Positions 35,963 through 50,174 of a stretch of 64,000 nucleotides of DNA are shown one piece after another. Each line of letters begins with the position of its first letter. The first letter of the stretch is position 1. This stretch comes from the human T2T-CHM13v2.0 reference genome, Homo sapiens. Made by a program: the position numbers and the translations under genes. The stretch is taken from assembly GCF_009914755.1 (NCBI RefSeq), contig NC_060931.1, one strand, 5' to 3'. The notes beneath the pieces were generated by a model. That model had not been told where the DNA came from, did no database searches, and saw only the letters and a list, made by a program, of their open reading frames with translations.

Positions 35963-36298
35963 CTTTCTTTCTTTCTTTTTTCTTTCTTTTTTTTTTTTTT
36001 TTTTTTAAAGAGACAGGGTCTCACTCTGTCACCCATGCTGCAGTGCAGTGGTGTGAATGCAGCTCACTGCAGCCTTGAATTCCTGAGCTCAAGCAATCCT
36101 CCCACCTCAGCCTCCCAATTAGCTAGTACTTCAGGCACACACCACCACGCCTGGCTGATTTTTAAAAAACAAACTATTTGTAGAGATGAGATCTTGCTAT
36201 GTTGCTTAAACTGATCTCAAACTTCTGGGCTCAAGTGATCCTTCCACTTCAGCCTCCCAAAGCAGTGAGATTACTGGGATGAGCCACCACGCCTGGCC
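35963..36298 (-). mobile_element. AluJ
   Basis: TSD tattctct. Confidence 0.9.
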
Positions 36299-36599
36299 AT
36301 ATTCTCTTAACACACTGTTTATAATTTCAACCTTTTGCACATGTCCAGACATCTTTTGATTTATTTCTGTTCAAAATTCTTACTGCCATTTATTAAAGTA
36401 TATATTATTAGGTGTCACAGGTATTTATTATGCAAAAAATATAAGCTCCACAGTGTCAGAGATGTTGGCCTCCTTTCCTTACTGAATTGTCCCATCTCCA
36501 GTAACTGTGACTAGGACTTGGCAGGTCTCAATAAACATTTGTCAAATAAATCTAAGGAACTCTATTCCAAACGAATAAAGAGTGACTCCTAAAGAAGGA

Positions 36600-37169
36600 C
36601 AAGCTTGGGTTTCCTTCTCAGGATTAGGACAAATTATATTCCCAGCATTTTTAAGAGACACATGTTTTTAGAAGTTTGATGATATGTTTTACTGAGAGAT
36701 GAAGCTAAGAAAAATGATATTGCCTGTATGAAAGATTTTTGGCTATAAATATTGAAAGTATTTCTGTGGGGATTCATCAGTCATTTGAGAAAAAGGAAAG
36801 AGGCTTTTTAAAAATCATTATTGAATTCTTTATATTAATAATAAAATGTGCTGGTAAAGAGCTGATGATATTGCAATGAAGTAGTACATTTAGAGAATGT
36901 TTATATGCTTTTAGCTTCGCTAAACAAGGTAATATTTCTGACACTGAAAATTAATATATCCTTAACATCTTGCTTTAGAAAAATTATTTCATCTGTACAT
37001 TGCTTATATTTGTCTCTTCCATTGATGTCCTGGCCTTGTTGCCCAGGGCAGAAGGAGTAAAATAGAACTAGTAATGGTATTTTTTGCAAAAAGTAATCAA
37101 CCATAAAGACTATAATTGGACACACAAATATAGTCATTGCATGATTAATTACTTTGGTGAATCAGCTGC
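36600..37169 (-). pseudogene. Module II exon: MHR2 end plus MHR3
   Basis: Phase-1 acceptor at 37169, paralogous to 57241. ORF 36901-37137 reads IFVCPIIVFMVDYFLQKIPLLVL..VKDILIFSVRNITLF, then FIAISSALYQ (cf. DVAILQALLK) and HIIKLLKTCVS (cf. DFVKLLIENGVS). Confidence 0.65.
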
Positions 37170-38033
37170 CTATATACATCATAAAAATATTCAAAGGTGA
37201 CTAGAACATAGTGTACCAAAAGCAGACTTGCCATGAGCATAATCATAGCCATCAGTGGAGTGTTTTCTATATTTCTCAGTTTTCACCATTTTTCTCCCTG
37301 CTAATCCTCTACATTCACTACATTTTAAGATTAATGTTTTGATGATTAAGTGGTAGCAAGGCAGACATTAGCTGAGGCAAATGTCTTTTCAAGTTTCCGT
37401 CACACACACTAACGATTAAGCTCAACGATTTATTTGGCAATGTGTGCATCTGTTGTTGATTGATATATTACTGAGCTCATTTTTATATTTCAATAATGCA
37501 TCAGTTGTTTAGTAGGTGATATATCAATATAATTGTTTTCTCAAGTTCAAATCCATTCAATGCCATCTATAAGATTCTGGAAAATACTGCAGAGAATGAA
37601 ATCATATATATGAAATCTGCTTAAAAGACAGTTTCCTTTTTACTCTGATGTTTTTATATATGGATATGAAGTAAGTAACTTTTGCAGTCATCCTGGAACC
37701 TTGATAGAAATCAGCCTGAGAACAAAGCTGACACATTTCTTAAGGCAGATCACAGAGATAAGAATCTTGGTCATGGGTGACATCATTAAGCTCTTGAATG
37801 AAATAGAGATAGAATGTGCCCTGAATCTGGACTTTACGCCTCCACAAGCTTCTTCTCTTGTTCAAAAGCCTACAGTGTCTTTCAGTTACACATATGTTCT
37901 TATTAAAATCATTTAGATTTACAATGAAAAACGTTCAATTTACTTCTCACAGTCTAACTCAGAGTGATTGTTATATGGTATCAGTACCCCAAACTACTCA
38001 TTTCAAAATAACGTAAAACTTCCGATATCTTTG

Positions 38034-38366
38034 TGAGGCAAGAAAATCGGGTCTGGAGGGAGGGAACATAAGGCCGATTCACACATCAGCTATAACAGGA
38101 AATATCCTCTCCAAAGGGTGTACGCCATAAATGACTTTGTACTTTACTTCATCCTCTTCATTAACATAGGACGTACCCAAAGTATCTAATGGAGTCCTAA
38201 AAATTCAGTAACGGGGCTTGAGTTTCTATGCTCAGGCCCACTCTCGCACTGTGGAGTGTACTTTCCTTTTCAATAAAACCCTTCATTCCTTCCTTGCTTA
38301 GTTTGTGCGTTTTGTCCATTTCTTTGTTCAAGATGCCTAGAACCTGGGCACCCTCCCCCGGTGATA
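38034..38366 (+). mobile_element. MER51B-like solo LTR
   Basis: TGAGGCA..GGGTCTGGAGG start; 4-bp TSD TTTG. Confidence 0.82.
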
Positions 38367-39007
38367 TTTGCTTTGATTGAAACCTCTGTTGGATGGTGCA
38401 TCCTTAAAGAAGGGAAAATTTTGAGCAACTGCTTTCCTAACACCCAAAACCCTATGCAGTGATGGGTGACGCAGGAGTGAGCATCTACAAGCCGGGTCAT
38501 GAGAATTCCTTCCCTGAATTTTAGAATTGGCTATAAAAAAATTCCAGACTCAGTCTGCTTTTTCCAAAATATCATAAAGATGTGACTCTGGAGTGTTTGT
38601 GGTCGTGATTTCTGACAGAAAGATTTAAGAAACTGCAGAAATTCATTCTCACTGAGGAAAAAAGAAAAAGATAAAAATAGCAGAATTAGCCAGTCAGAAA
38701 ATCATACAACAGTTTGAAACAGAATGTTAGACATGACATGTCTGTATATTGAAATCATGTTATATATTAAGAGAGAGAAGAGAAAGTAGAGCAAACATGA
38801 ATACCCTTCAGCCAAATATAAAAACCATTCAATACATCAAAATAACATTTCTAAAATTAAAATATGTTAGAAAAAATACATTAAAACCTTCAGTGGATTT
38901 GACCAAGAGTTGATCAGGTACAACTAAGACTAGAAATGGTAAATTGGAATATAGATCTGAGGAAGTCACCAAAAAGCAGGACAGAAATAAAAAATACAGG
39001 AAAATAT

Positions 39008-39362
39008 GATAAAAAGGAATGAAATCATGTCCCTTGCAGCAGCATGGATGCAGCTGTAGGCTATTATCCTAAGTTGATTAACGCAGGTACACAATATCAC
39101 ATGTTATCACTTATAATAAATATAAATCAAATATCACATGTTATCACTTATAAGTGGGAGCTGAACTATGGGTACTCGGACATAAGGATGGCAACAATAG
39201 ACACTGGGGACTACTAGATGGGGGAGGAAGGGTTGAACAGCTAACTGCTGGATGCTATGCTTACTACCTGGGTGACAGGATCATTCTTAGCCCCAACCTC
39301 AGTGACACACAATTTACCCATATATCAAACCTGCACATGTACCCCTTGAAATTAAAGTTGGG
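39008..39362 (+). mobile_element. L1PA15/16- or L1PB-like 3' end
   Basis: L1 3' UTR motifs; contains a local 24-bp duplication at ~39092-39153. Confidence 0.8.
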
Positions 39363-39809
39363 GAAAAATAGTACTAGTCAGAAACAGAAAAAAATTAAAA
39401 ATATGAAACAGTGGAAGTGTTATAAATGGAAGACAAAAAGGAATAAAACAAGATTTGAAGAATAGAGAGTGGTGAACCATGAATATTTAAAACAAATTGG
39501 TATGTATGAATATTATTAAGTGTTGAAAGAAAAAGTACTCCCAGACTGAAGGAACATATTGTGTCCTAAGCAAAACTAATAATAAGGCATTCACCGCTGA
39601 TACAAAAAAAACAATAACAAATCATAATAAACCTGAGAAAATTAAAGACAAAATTTAAACAGCTACCACAAATAAAAGACATTCATTTAAGGGAAATAAA
39701 GTTGAGACTAACTACAAACATATCATTAATAAGAAAAGATGCCAAAAAGCCATGAAGTAATATATTCAAAGTACTGCACAAAATTTTAGTAAAAAAGTCA
39801 TGAAGATGT

Positions 39810-40066
39810 ACTCAGAATTAGAGTGGAGGAATAAACTATAGTGTTCTATCCCACTGTAGGGTGACTGTAGTTAACAGTAATATATTATATGGTTTCACAT
39901 AGCAAGAATGAGGATATGGAATGTTCCCCAGCACAAAGAAATGATAAATGTTTGAGATGATGGGTGTACTAATCACACTGATCTGATTACTATACATTAT
40001 TTGTATAGAAACACCTATATGTATCCCATAAATATGTACAATTATTATATATTAATTAAAAATAAT
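39810..40066 (+). mobile_element. L1MA 3' end
   Basis: cacaaagaaatgataaatgtttgag..atgtacaattat motif. Confidence 0.8.
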
Positions 40067-41399
40067 ATATATATTTGATAGATTTTTTTGCCAAGTGCTA
40101 GAAACTTTTCTGGATCTTAGGCAAGCAATTGTCCTCAAAAGCATAAATCAAGCTAGAGAGATAGACCCAGACAACCTAACCCTACACACAGGATACATGT
40201 TTTAATAGATGCATTAAAAATAAATTAAAATGGGCAGGAAAACTAGATGCATTGATAAAGAAAGAAATTAGCAAACGTATTAGTACATCTAAATTGTCAT
40301 GGATAATAAAATATTAATGTATAATATTGGGTGCTCAGGTTTGAAAAATGTCAAAAGCAAACTTTTTTAACATTGTATTCTATATATTATGAATATCCTA
40401 CAAAAAGTACATAAAATATTGTGACAATTACCTTAAAAAATATAAATTTGTAGCTAAACTTGTAAAAAGAAAAAACAAATAGGCACCTAAAGAAACATCT
40501 GAAATCTGAAAAGTGCATTATCTTTCTTTAAAATTAAGAACATGTTTAACATACACCATATAAAACATGATCAATATAAAGCACCAACACGTCTCTCCTT
40601 TTCCTATGATGATGTGACTTCAGGCTTTATCTGTGCAGTGAGAACAACTACAATCTTGTCAGGGTGACAGTTTATCATTTTGTTTTATTGTTTTCTCCAT
40701 ATTAATAAATTTCTTTTTAAATTTTAACCATTTTCTAAATTTTTGGCTGTGGTCATTGTTGTTTTAAATATGCCATAAATTCTTCTGGGTTTTTCTGTTT
40801 TAAAGCTGATGCCTTTCCATTAATAGTTTTTTTCAGTAGGTGTTTACTTATAAACCGTTTTCTCATATTTGTATAAAAACTATATTTCACTCACAATCTT
40901 GTATGATATTTTGCTGGATATAAAATTTCAAGCAGCATAACTTTTCTTCACTATTTTGAAGATACTCTGTCTTCTGTTATCTTCATATACTTTTCAGTGT
41001 AAGTGTCTGACACTAATCTAATCATTATCCCTGTCTTTTAGTTATCTGAAAGCTTTTAAGATTGTATTTGCTCTTGATTATTTCAGCTTCATTATCAAAT
41101 GTATAGATGTGGATTTACTTTTACTGCACAGAATTCAAGGTGCATTTTTGACGTGGGATAATTATGAGTCAAATATTTTAAAAGATTTCCGGATTTATGG
41201 CAGGTAATTAAATAGCATAATTATTGGTTACTCTGTTTTCCCTGTATTACTTTCCCACTTTACCACCATTATTTCCTTTATCTTTCTAGTAAGCTTCTTC
41301 TGCCTGAATCTTCTTTCTGAGAAAACTCAGTTAGATAGAAATTGTAATATATGAAGTTTTCTTTGCTTACTTCTTGCTTCCATGACCAGATGATATGGA

Positions 41400-42560
41400 A
41401 GTGCCCCAGTTCTTAAACCTTAGTCTTCTACTCTTTACTATCTACACTCTCTTTCCCAGTCAACTTATCTTATTCTTGGCTTTGAATACCATCAAAAGTC
41501 AACATCTTTGTGTAAGAGGTACCCAGAGGCGGGGAAAAATTTGAAGTCTGCGAAACTTAAACTCTCTTTTTGAAACCTGGATTCACACACCCTGCTGCCT
41601 GTATGATATCTCCACTTGGAGATAACATATCCAAAACTGAACTCCTGAATTCCTCCCACCAACAGAATCACCATACCCCTCTTCCTTTTCTGGTTTCTGG
41701 CTACTCAATGCTTCCAACTGTTCACACCTAAAACTTTGAAGACATCTTTTTTTTTTTATTTCTTTTATACACCACATACAATACTGTCTTCTCTACCTTC
41801 AAAGTGTATCCAGAATCTGACCAGTTTTCTGCAACTCCTGTTACCACCTTGGTCAAGGACAATATTTCTCCTGCCTACATTAGCACAAGTGTTCCCTAAC
41901 GTATCTCTGTGCTTTTGCACTTCCCCATCTGAAATCTGTTTCCTGTAGCATATAAAGTGACGCTTCAAAACTTGTCTCATCATGCCATTCCTCTGTCCAA
42001 AATACCTCACTGACTTTTTACCACCCTCAGAAAATACAAATACCTTATAATAGCTTGCAAATGCCCACCAGATTTCTGTGACCTGTCTAACCTCCTTTCC
42101 TGTCTACTTCCTCTTATTCACTCTAATCTGGCCAAAATGTTCCCTCTTCCTAAAATGTTCTGCCCTCAATTACCCTAATGGTTATTTGAGGTTAATAGGT
42201 TAATATGGTTATATATAATAGGTTATATGAAGAAGGTTATTTGACCTTCTTCAAATATTTTTACAAATGTCACTTTTCTTATGGACCCTACGCTTGTTAC
42301 CATAGTTAAAATTGCAAACCACCTTTCTCTCATGCACAAATATTTCTATACTTCTCTCATACTTTTGGTTTTTGAAAACACTTATCACCTATTAAAATAT
42401 CTTTAACTTATTAATTTTATTATCTCTTTCCATCAACTGGAAGGACAGATACATTGGGCAGAGATGTTTGTCTTTTTTTTTTATAATGTGACTCCAGCAC
42501 TCAGGACAGTTCACGATACATAGTAGATCCTTAATTAGTATTTGTTAAATGAATGAATGA
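41400..42560 (+). mobile_element. L2a 3' portion
   Basis: L2 motifs and terminal tatttgttaaatgaatgaatga. Confidence 0.8.
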
Positions 42561-42569
42561 AGAATGGAT

Positions 42570-42595
42570 GTGTGTGTGTGTGTGTGTGTGTGTGT
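42570..42595. repeat. (TG)n microsatellite
   Basis: About 13 TG units. Confidence 0.95.
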
Positions 42596-43119
42596 TTCCA
42601 TGAAAAGTTCTGAAAGGATGAATGTGTAGCTGATAATGAGATAACTGGGTATCTTTTAAATCAGGAGAATGAAGTCATAGAGACAAGTATATGAAGATCT
42701 AGGAGGGAATAATAGTAAAATAATGTCCTAAAAGAAATGGAAAGGGGTCGAATACAGCTCATTGATCCAAAATGATGAAGTTTCAGGCAGAGACACCCAA
42801 GTCCAGTTGACAGTACATATACACACCATCATTAAAATGCACACAGTTTTGGATATACATGGACCAGTCAATAATGTAAGTTAAAATAAATAAAATATAC
42901 TAATATCATCATCTTATAAATTATGGTGCTGAGTTACAAGTTAAACCAAAAATATTACAAAAGCAACAAAACAGCCTATCTCTTGATTTCTTAGAACTTA
43001 GTACCTGAAAATAATATGCACCAGAAAGCAAAAAAAAAAAAAAAAAAAAAAATCAGAACAAATTTTGTAGTACTTCATTGGCTTCATTAAAATGAATTTA
43101 ATTGTATCAAGGTATGTAA

Positions 43120-43480
43120 ATACATATTTGATTCTGGATATTTTCAACAAAGGATCTATAAGAACCGTGTGAAAACATATCTCATCCTAATTTGTGGTTG
43201 ATGTTATTTCCATTGACTTCCTTCAAAAACATTGCTGGTGTTTCTTATACTCAATTTTCATCCTGAGGATTTCCCTGTAATTGCACTTGGTGAGAATTTC
43301 ATATTGAGCAATTATCAGTATCACAGTGCTAATTTGAGTAGAAAAAAATTGTGTACATGTTACCATTTATTAATTAAATATACAAATGGTCCCCTTCCAG
43401 GTTTTTATGATGATCTGGAATTTACCCCAGAAATTAATTGCATTCCTTTCTACCATCACTAACTAAATTATTCATGAAAG
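43120..43480 (-). pseudogene. Module II exon: SLOG/MHR2
   Basis: S*II/VSDG..FLG (cf. AWIITGG..VG) and FSH/VLID (cf. NHSHFILVD). Frameshifted; boundaries approximate. Confidence 0.45.
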
Positions 43481-43606
43481 CTTGTAGAGATTAATTCTGA
43501 ATTATTATATTACCAAAAGAGAAGGTCATATGATCAAGTTAAAATGGAAATGGCAAAAGAGGGGAAATCTCTAATCATTCTGAAAGAATTATTTTTGGGT
43601 TATCAC

Positions 43607-43744
43607 CTTGTTTGATTTTATTGCTTCTATGCAGTTTTTCCTTTAGAAATTAGATGCAGATGGTTTCAGCAGAAATGGCTGACATAGCTTATCAAAGATG
43701 AGATAGCTTCATTTATCCAGAATTTATGCAGAAAAAAAGTTTTT
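43607..43744 (-). pseudogene. Module II exon: SLOG/MHR1
   Basis: Acceptor ggcttcatttttag|43744, donor aag|gtgata. W..MKLSHL/LIS and F*RKNCIEAIKS resemble W.LELPKLLIS..FGKGLIKAAMT. Confidence 0.5.
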
Positions 43745-43959
43745 CTAAAAATGAAGCCAATAAACATGAAATAAGTAAACCAAAATATTTCTGACCATTC
43801 CCATATATATAAACAACAATATAAAAATTATATACACTTATAGAAAAAACTGTGAATGCATTTAGGTCATTATATGACAAAATGCAAAGCATTGCTATAA
43901 TTTAAAAGGTTATATAACTAAGACTACATCTTTATTTTTTAATTTTTTTGTATTTTTTT

Positions 43960-44095
43960 TCCATGGGATAATTTCTGGTTCATGGACTTGCAGATAATAC
44001 TCAGAAAAACATGTTGAAATAGGATATTTTTCCATGCATGCCTTTGGCAACAGAAGAATTATATGTAAATGAATGTGTTTATGTGTATCTCTTGT
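43960..44095 (-). pseudogene. Module II exon: MHR1 start
   Basis: Acceptor cttgcatttttag|44095. HGKISYF and SEYYLQV resemble FGDIVF..KYVRV. Weak on its own; supported by its position. Confidence 0.45.
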
Positions 44096-44204
44096 CTAAA
44101 AATGCAAGTTGGTATAGTATTTGGAGCAAAAACAGAAATAATGATTTATTGAAATATATTTTGTTTTATATTTATTTGGTAAAGAGTATTTTTATTACAA
44201 TTAT

Positions 44205-45132
44205 TATTTTTTTTTTTTTTTGAGACAGAGTCCTGCTCTGTCGCCCAGGCTGAGTGCAGTGGTTTGATCTCGGCGCATTGCAACCTCTGCTTCCTGAGTT
44301 CAAGCAATTCTCTTGCCTCAGCCTCCCCAGTAGCTGGGATTACTGGCACGTGCCACCATGCCCAGCTAATTTTTGTATTTTTAGTAGAGATGGGCTTTCA
44401 CCGTGTTGGCCAGGCTGGTCTCGAACTCCTGACCTCATGATCTGCCCCCACCTCAGTCTCCCAAAGTGTTGGGATTACAGGCGTGAGCCACTGCGCCCTG
44501 CCTTCATTTGATTTTTATTTTATTTCTTTGATACAGGGTCTTGGTCTGTCACTCAGACTGGAGTGCAGTGGTGCTATTAGGTCTCACTGCAGCCTCAACC
44601 TCCTAGGTTCAAGAGATCTTCTCCCCTAGCCTCCTGAGTAGCTGAGACTACAGGCATGTGCCACCATGCCCAGCTAATTTTTGTATTTTTAGTAGAGATG
44701 GGCTTTCACCGTGTTGGCCAGGCTGGTCTCGAACTCCTGACCTCATGATCTGCCCCCACCTCAGTCTCCCAAAGTGTTGGGATTACAGGCGTGAGCCACT
44801 GCGCCCTGCCTTCATTTGATTTTTATTTTATTTCTTTGATACAGGGTCTTGGTCTGTCACTCAGACTGGAGTGCAGTGGTGCTATTAGGTCTCACTGCAG
44901 CCTCAACCTCCTAGGTTCAAGAGATCTTCTCCCCTAGCCTCCTGAGTAGCTGAGACTACAGGCATGTGCCACCATGCCTGGCTATTTTTTTCTTTTCTTT
45001 TCTTTTCTCTTCTACTTCTCCTTCTCCTTCTGTTGTTGTTTGTAGAGACAATGTCTCACTGCATTGCCCAGGCTGGTCTTTTGCCTTAGCCTCCCAAAGT
45101 GGGATTTTAGGTTTGAGCCACTGCACCCAGCC
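44205..45132 (-). mobile_element. Alu cluster: AluS, chimeric AluS/AluJ, AluJ
   Basis: Three consecutive minus-strand Alus; the middle one is produced by a duplication. Confidence 0.9.
44350..44978. repeat. Perfect 308-bp tandem duplication
   Basis: 44350-44657 equals 44658-44965; gtgccaccatgcc at 44350, 44658 and 44966. Confidence 0.95.
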
Positions 45133-45319
45133 ATAAAAGATACTTTTAAATGATATTTGTGATGAACCAGTTGACACAAGAAAGTTTTCAAGCCTATTTA
45201 TTCTGACTATGAAGATGTTTCACCATTTTACAACCAAGACCACCATCTATATTATATATATGAACCTTGTTTTTACTTGGTGCCCTATGATGTTTTCTTT
45301 TATTTCCTTCTATTTATCT

Positions 45320-48300
45320 ATTAGTTCAGGTCTATTGAAGCATTTTCCAACAATGATATTTGCTGTTTTTAATACAATTCAGTGAGTTTTGACAAACACA
45401 TAAAGTGTGTGAAACCACTACAATCACGATATAGAACAGTTAGATCAATTCTTGAAGTTTCTTGGTGCCTTTTTGTTTGGTTGGATTTTTGTTTATTGTG
45501 GGGTTTTTTGTGTGTGTGTTATTTTTGTTTGTTTTTGTTTTGTTTTGATCACTTTATTTTATTTTATTATTATTATACTTTAAGTTTTAGGGTACATGTG
45601 CACAATGTGCAGGTTAGTTACATATGTTTACATGTGCCATGCTGGTGTGCTGCACCCATTAACTTGTCATTTAGCATTAGATATATCTCCTAAAGCTATC
45701 CCTTCCCCCTCCCCCCGGAATGTGATGTTCCCCTTCCTGTGTCCATGTGTTCTCATTGTTCAGTTCCCACCTGCGAGTGAGAATATGCTGTGATGGTCGC
45801 TTTCTTTCTAACAGTCTAGCCCTGGGCAGTAACTGATCTGGTTCCTGTTCTTATTGCTTTCCCTTTTCTAGAAAGCCATACAAATGGAATCACAGAGTAT
45901 GTAGCCTTCTGGGTAGGTCTTTTTTCACTTAGCATAAATAATTTGAGAATTCTCCATGTTGTTGAACATGTCAGAAATTTGTCCTTTCAAAATTGCTTAG
46001 TAGTAGTCCATGGTACACATGTGTTACAGTGTGTTTAATCTTTACTTAGCTTAGGTATATTAGAGTTGTCTCAATAATTGCCCTTTACCAAGCTACTATA
46101 GATATTAATATATAGCTTGTTTTGTAAACTTAACAGACCATAGCTTGGCAAGGGTTGTCAAGAATGTGAAGTAACTGGAAATCTAATACATTCTTGGTAG
46201 AAATGCAAAATTATAAAGCTATTCCAGATAATAGTTTAGTGGTTTCTTATAAAGTTAGACATAACTTACTATGGCATACAACAATCCACTTTTAGGTATT
46301 TTTAAAGTAAAATGAAAACTCATGTTTTTTAATATGGTTATTTGCTATTCATACATCCTATTTTGTGAAATCTCTGTTCAACTCTTGTCCATTTTTAAAC
46401 TGAGTTTGCTGTTGTCGTTGGTGTTATATATTCTAGATACAAATCTTTTGTCTAAGTGTTTCACATGTATTTACTTCCAGTTTGCGGATGTTGTTTTTCC
46501 TTTCCTTAAATGCCTTTATTTTAAGAAGAGCAGAAATTTTTAAATTTTATGACATACAACGTAATTATTTAATGAATCATGCTTTTTTATCATACCTATA
46601 CCTAAGAAACATTTGCCTACCACCAAGAGTTTTTCACTATTTTTCTTCTAGAAATTTTAAGAATTTCCTAATTTATGTTATGCATTTAAGGCTTAATCCA
46701 TTTTAAGTTAATTTTTGCCTAAAATGAAAAGAATAGATTAAGGTTTTTTTTTTTATTCACATGAATATCCAATTGCTTCAGCAGCATTTGTTGATAAAAT
46801 TCCTCTTTGTCCATTAAATTACCTTTGAAGTTTGTAGAAAATCAACTGACCATATGTGTATAGGTTTATTTCTGGGTGCTATCCTGTTTCATTGATTTTT
46901 GTGTCCATACTTTACAAATACCACACTATGCTGATTAGTATAATTGGAAGTGTTTGTTTACAGGATTCTTTGTCCTTGTCAGGATTTTAATGATATCACT
47001 TCATTGTTCTTTGAAGTTTTTTGAAGTTTCCAAGTAGAACTAACAGTTATGTTGAGCAAGATCACTGGCTACAAAGTTAATTTACAGAAAACAATAGTGT
47101 TTCTATATAGTAGCAATGACCATTTGGAAATTACAAGTTTTAAATGTCCACACATGCAATTGTATAGAAATATAACAAATCTACTAAAATATGTTTACTG
47201 CTAACAAGATCCATTGCTAACAAGACCGATTTACTATAGTAAATCTTAAAATAATAAAATGTGCATTTTCTAACTGTACCTTTTTTACAAAACTGTTTTT
47301 GCTATTCTTGTTTCATTGCTTTCTATATACATTTTAGTATTCATTCATTGATTTTTACAGAAGCAATCAAACAAAATGTTAGATGCTGGCATTTTGATTC
47401 AGATTGTGTTTATTCTGTAGACTTATTTTAGAAAAATTGATGTCTTACAAGTAGAGTCTTCAGATCTATGAAACTGGCATATTCCCTTTTTTGGTTTCAT
47501 TTCCGTGATCAGTATTTTATTGTTTCCAGGAATCAGTCTTGATAGTAGGAAACATATTTTGGTAGATTTGTTAGATTTATACATAATTGCATGTGTGGAC
47601 ATTTAAAACTTTTAATTTCCAACTGGTCATTGCTACTCTATGGAAACAAAATTGTTTTCTGTAAACTAAATTTGTAGTCAGTGATCTTGCTCAACGTAAC
47701 TGTTAGTTCTATTTGGAAACTATGTATATAAAAAAATAAAGTGACATCATTAAAATCCTAACAGGGAAAAAGAACCCTGTAAACAAAGACTCCTACATTC
47801 AGCATGTTAAGTAGTTCAATTTTATTTTAATGTAGACATGAATAATTAAAATCAATATCATGAACCCCAAGGTAATCATTAATTTTTAAGAGATATAAAT
47901 AATGAGTCAATGTTGGTGATAATTTGGTTAAAAATAATATAAAACAGATAGTATAAAAGGAACAGAAACAGAAAGAATAAAATATGAGAAAGATGGTAGA
48001 CATTATTTCAATAATATCATTAATAATTCAATAAAATTGAAATACACTTGAGCATACATTTAAAAAGATGACACTTAAATGGCCAAAAATATAAATAAAT
48101 GTTCATCTAACTTATTATAAAAGCTTAGAAGAGTCAGGATTCTCATATACTATACCAGAAATAAGAATTTCTACAACTTTGGAAATTTTTTAATAAATTT
48201 GAAGATAAATATATTTTAACTCATTCATCTTACTTTTAGATATATGCCCCCTAAAAATACGTACATCTGTATTAAAGACAAGCAAAAATATTCATGGCCT

Positions 48301-48800
48301 GAGTATACATAATAGCCGAAATCTAGGAACAACCTAAAAGTTCATTCAGTACAAAAATAGGAAAATAAATTTTGTTATAATCACAAAATGGAATACTGTA
48401 CAATGAGAATAAACTACAACTATATATAACATAGACACATTTTTAAGTATGTAATTGTAATAAAAATAAATTGGACATAAAAATAATATGTAATGAATGG
48501 TTCTATTTATATAGACTTTTAAGTGCAGGAAAACATAAACTTAGAAAAATGCATAAAGCAACAAAACTCTAAAAAAAACAAGGATGTGATTATCAAAAAG
48601 TTAAGAAAGTGGTCACCTGATGAGATGAGGGAGTGCAGAGTGAGGAATGCTAAAAAAAAAAAAGGCTTCTAGAATTTTGACATTGACATTGTTTTACATT
48701 GTCATTAGTGTAATGGCTATAGGAATGTGTTTTTTTAAAATTAGAGCTGTACAATTTTGCTATGTGTGCTTTTTTATTTGAGCATTATATTTCACATATA
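45320..48800. mobile_element. Patchwork of old L1M fragments in both orientations
   Basis: Alternating minus and plus L1 ORF2/3' UTR remnants. Confidence 0.65.
45552..45791 (-). mobile_element. Short L1PA (PA3/4) 3' end inside older L1
   Basis: tatactttaagttttagggtacatgtgcac terminus. Confidence 0.9.
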
Positions 48801-48839
48801 TAAATTATGTTATATATCTATATAAATTATATATACATA

Positions 48840-49276
48840 TATATATAGTGGTTCTTGATAAACTTGGCCTTGTAAACAATAATAAGTAAGTCACACTTCT
48901 TCCCCCACATCCCACATTAATAGTCACATTAAAATGCATGACAGACACAAAATACCAAGTCACTGTAAATGACAAATACTCCAGTGATCTGACAGATAGC
49001 AAACACAACTTTTATACATGAATACATGGAAGGAAATCTGAAGCTAAGCACTAGAGGCAGAAAAAGGGCAACTGAAAATGCCTTCTCATTCTGCCCTACA
49101 TGCATAGACTTTACATGTATATGTTTATTGCAGAACAGAATGACAACTGACATGGAAAATATTTTTGAAATTAACCTGCACCATTTCTATTTTCCGTAAT
49201 GTTAATTTAAACGTCTCCTTCAATCCCTTGTCATGAATAGTAATGTGTAAGTAGTAGGAATCTCGCCATCATAGAA
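48840..49276 (-). pseudogene. Module I exon: S3-S4-S5, pore and start of S6
   Basis: Acceptor tgttgttttgagttttag|49276. Reads TYTLLFMT (S3), SKIFSMSVVILFCNKHIHVKSMHVGQNEKAFSVALFLPLVLSF (S4-S5; ORF 48929-49153), SVTYLLLFT (S6-like). Abuts old L1 at about 48800. Confidence 0.65.
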
Positions 49277-50174
49277 CTAAAACTCAAAACAACAATAACA
49301 AAAAACAGTTGATCTTTGGGATGTTTGGCACCCATGCACTGTTTTGGCAAAATAATTACTAAAATTGCTTTAAAATTCCTCTAAAATATAACCTGCTACT
49401 TTATAGTATCAATAGATAATGGCAGCTAAATATTCCACTAATATTAAAATAGTGATAAATTATTTATAACACTGATAAAAGAAATGTAAAAGATCCAGTC
49501 AGTCAATTAGTGCTCAAGAGGAATCTAGCTCCCACTGTTGAAATAATTACAGACTTCTGCACTATACAAGGAGACTATAGAATTAAAGATTCAGAGAAAA
49601 TATGCAGTTTTGAAATATACCATTAAACTGAAATTTAGAAAGTATGTACTTAGTTATTTCAATAAGTTTATTAATTATTAAAATATAGATTCTTTATAAT
49701 GAGAAATTCAAGATACTTTCAAAAGAAATGTGGATGCAATTAAAAAGGAAATGGATGTTATAAAAAGTTTTTGGACAAGACAAGAACAATATTTTAGGAA
49801 GAATTCAAATGAAACAGCAAAATTTAAACTTTCATTAAAAAACAAAATGAATGCTGATAATATTATTGGAAAAGATTAAACCAATGTCTAACAGCAGAAC
49901 TTGAGAGATTTTATCAGAAAAAAAAGAAAAAATGTTTTCAGAAATGTGTGTGAATATGTGTGTTGTGTGAAACAACATGAATGACAGAGGAAAGAGAGGA
50001 GGGCAAAAGAAAGAGATCCTGCATAATAATATTGATATTCTTAAAGACTGCAGAGAATAAACAAGTGGCACAAGAGCAGTAAAAGGCATAGTCTAAGTCT
50101 TTTCTGAGGTTAAGAAAGAATATAATATTTTAATCAAAATTGTGCAATGAATAACAAGAAAATATGTTGAAAAA

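Noticed and set aside
43030-43052. A23 run as the tail of a processed pseudogene
   Set aside because: No TSD and no recognisable upstream transcript body.
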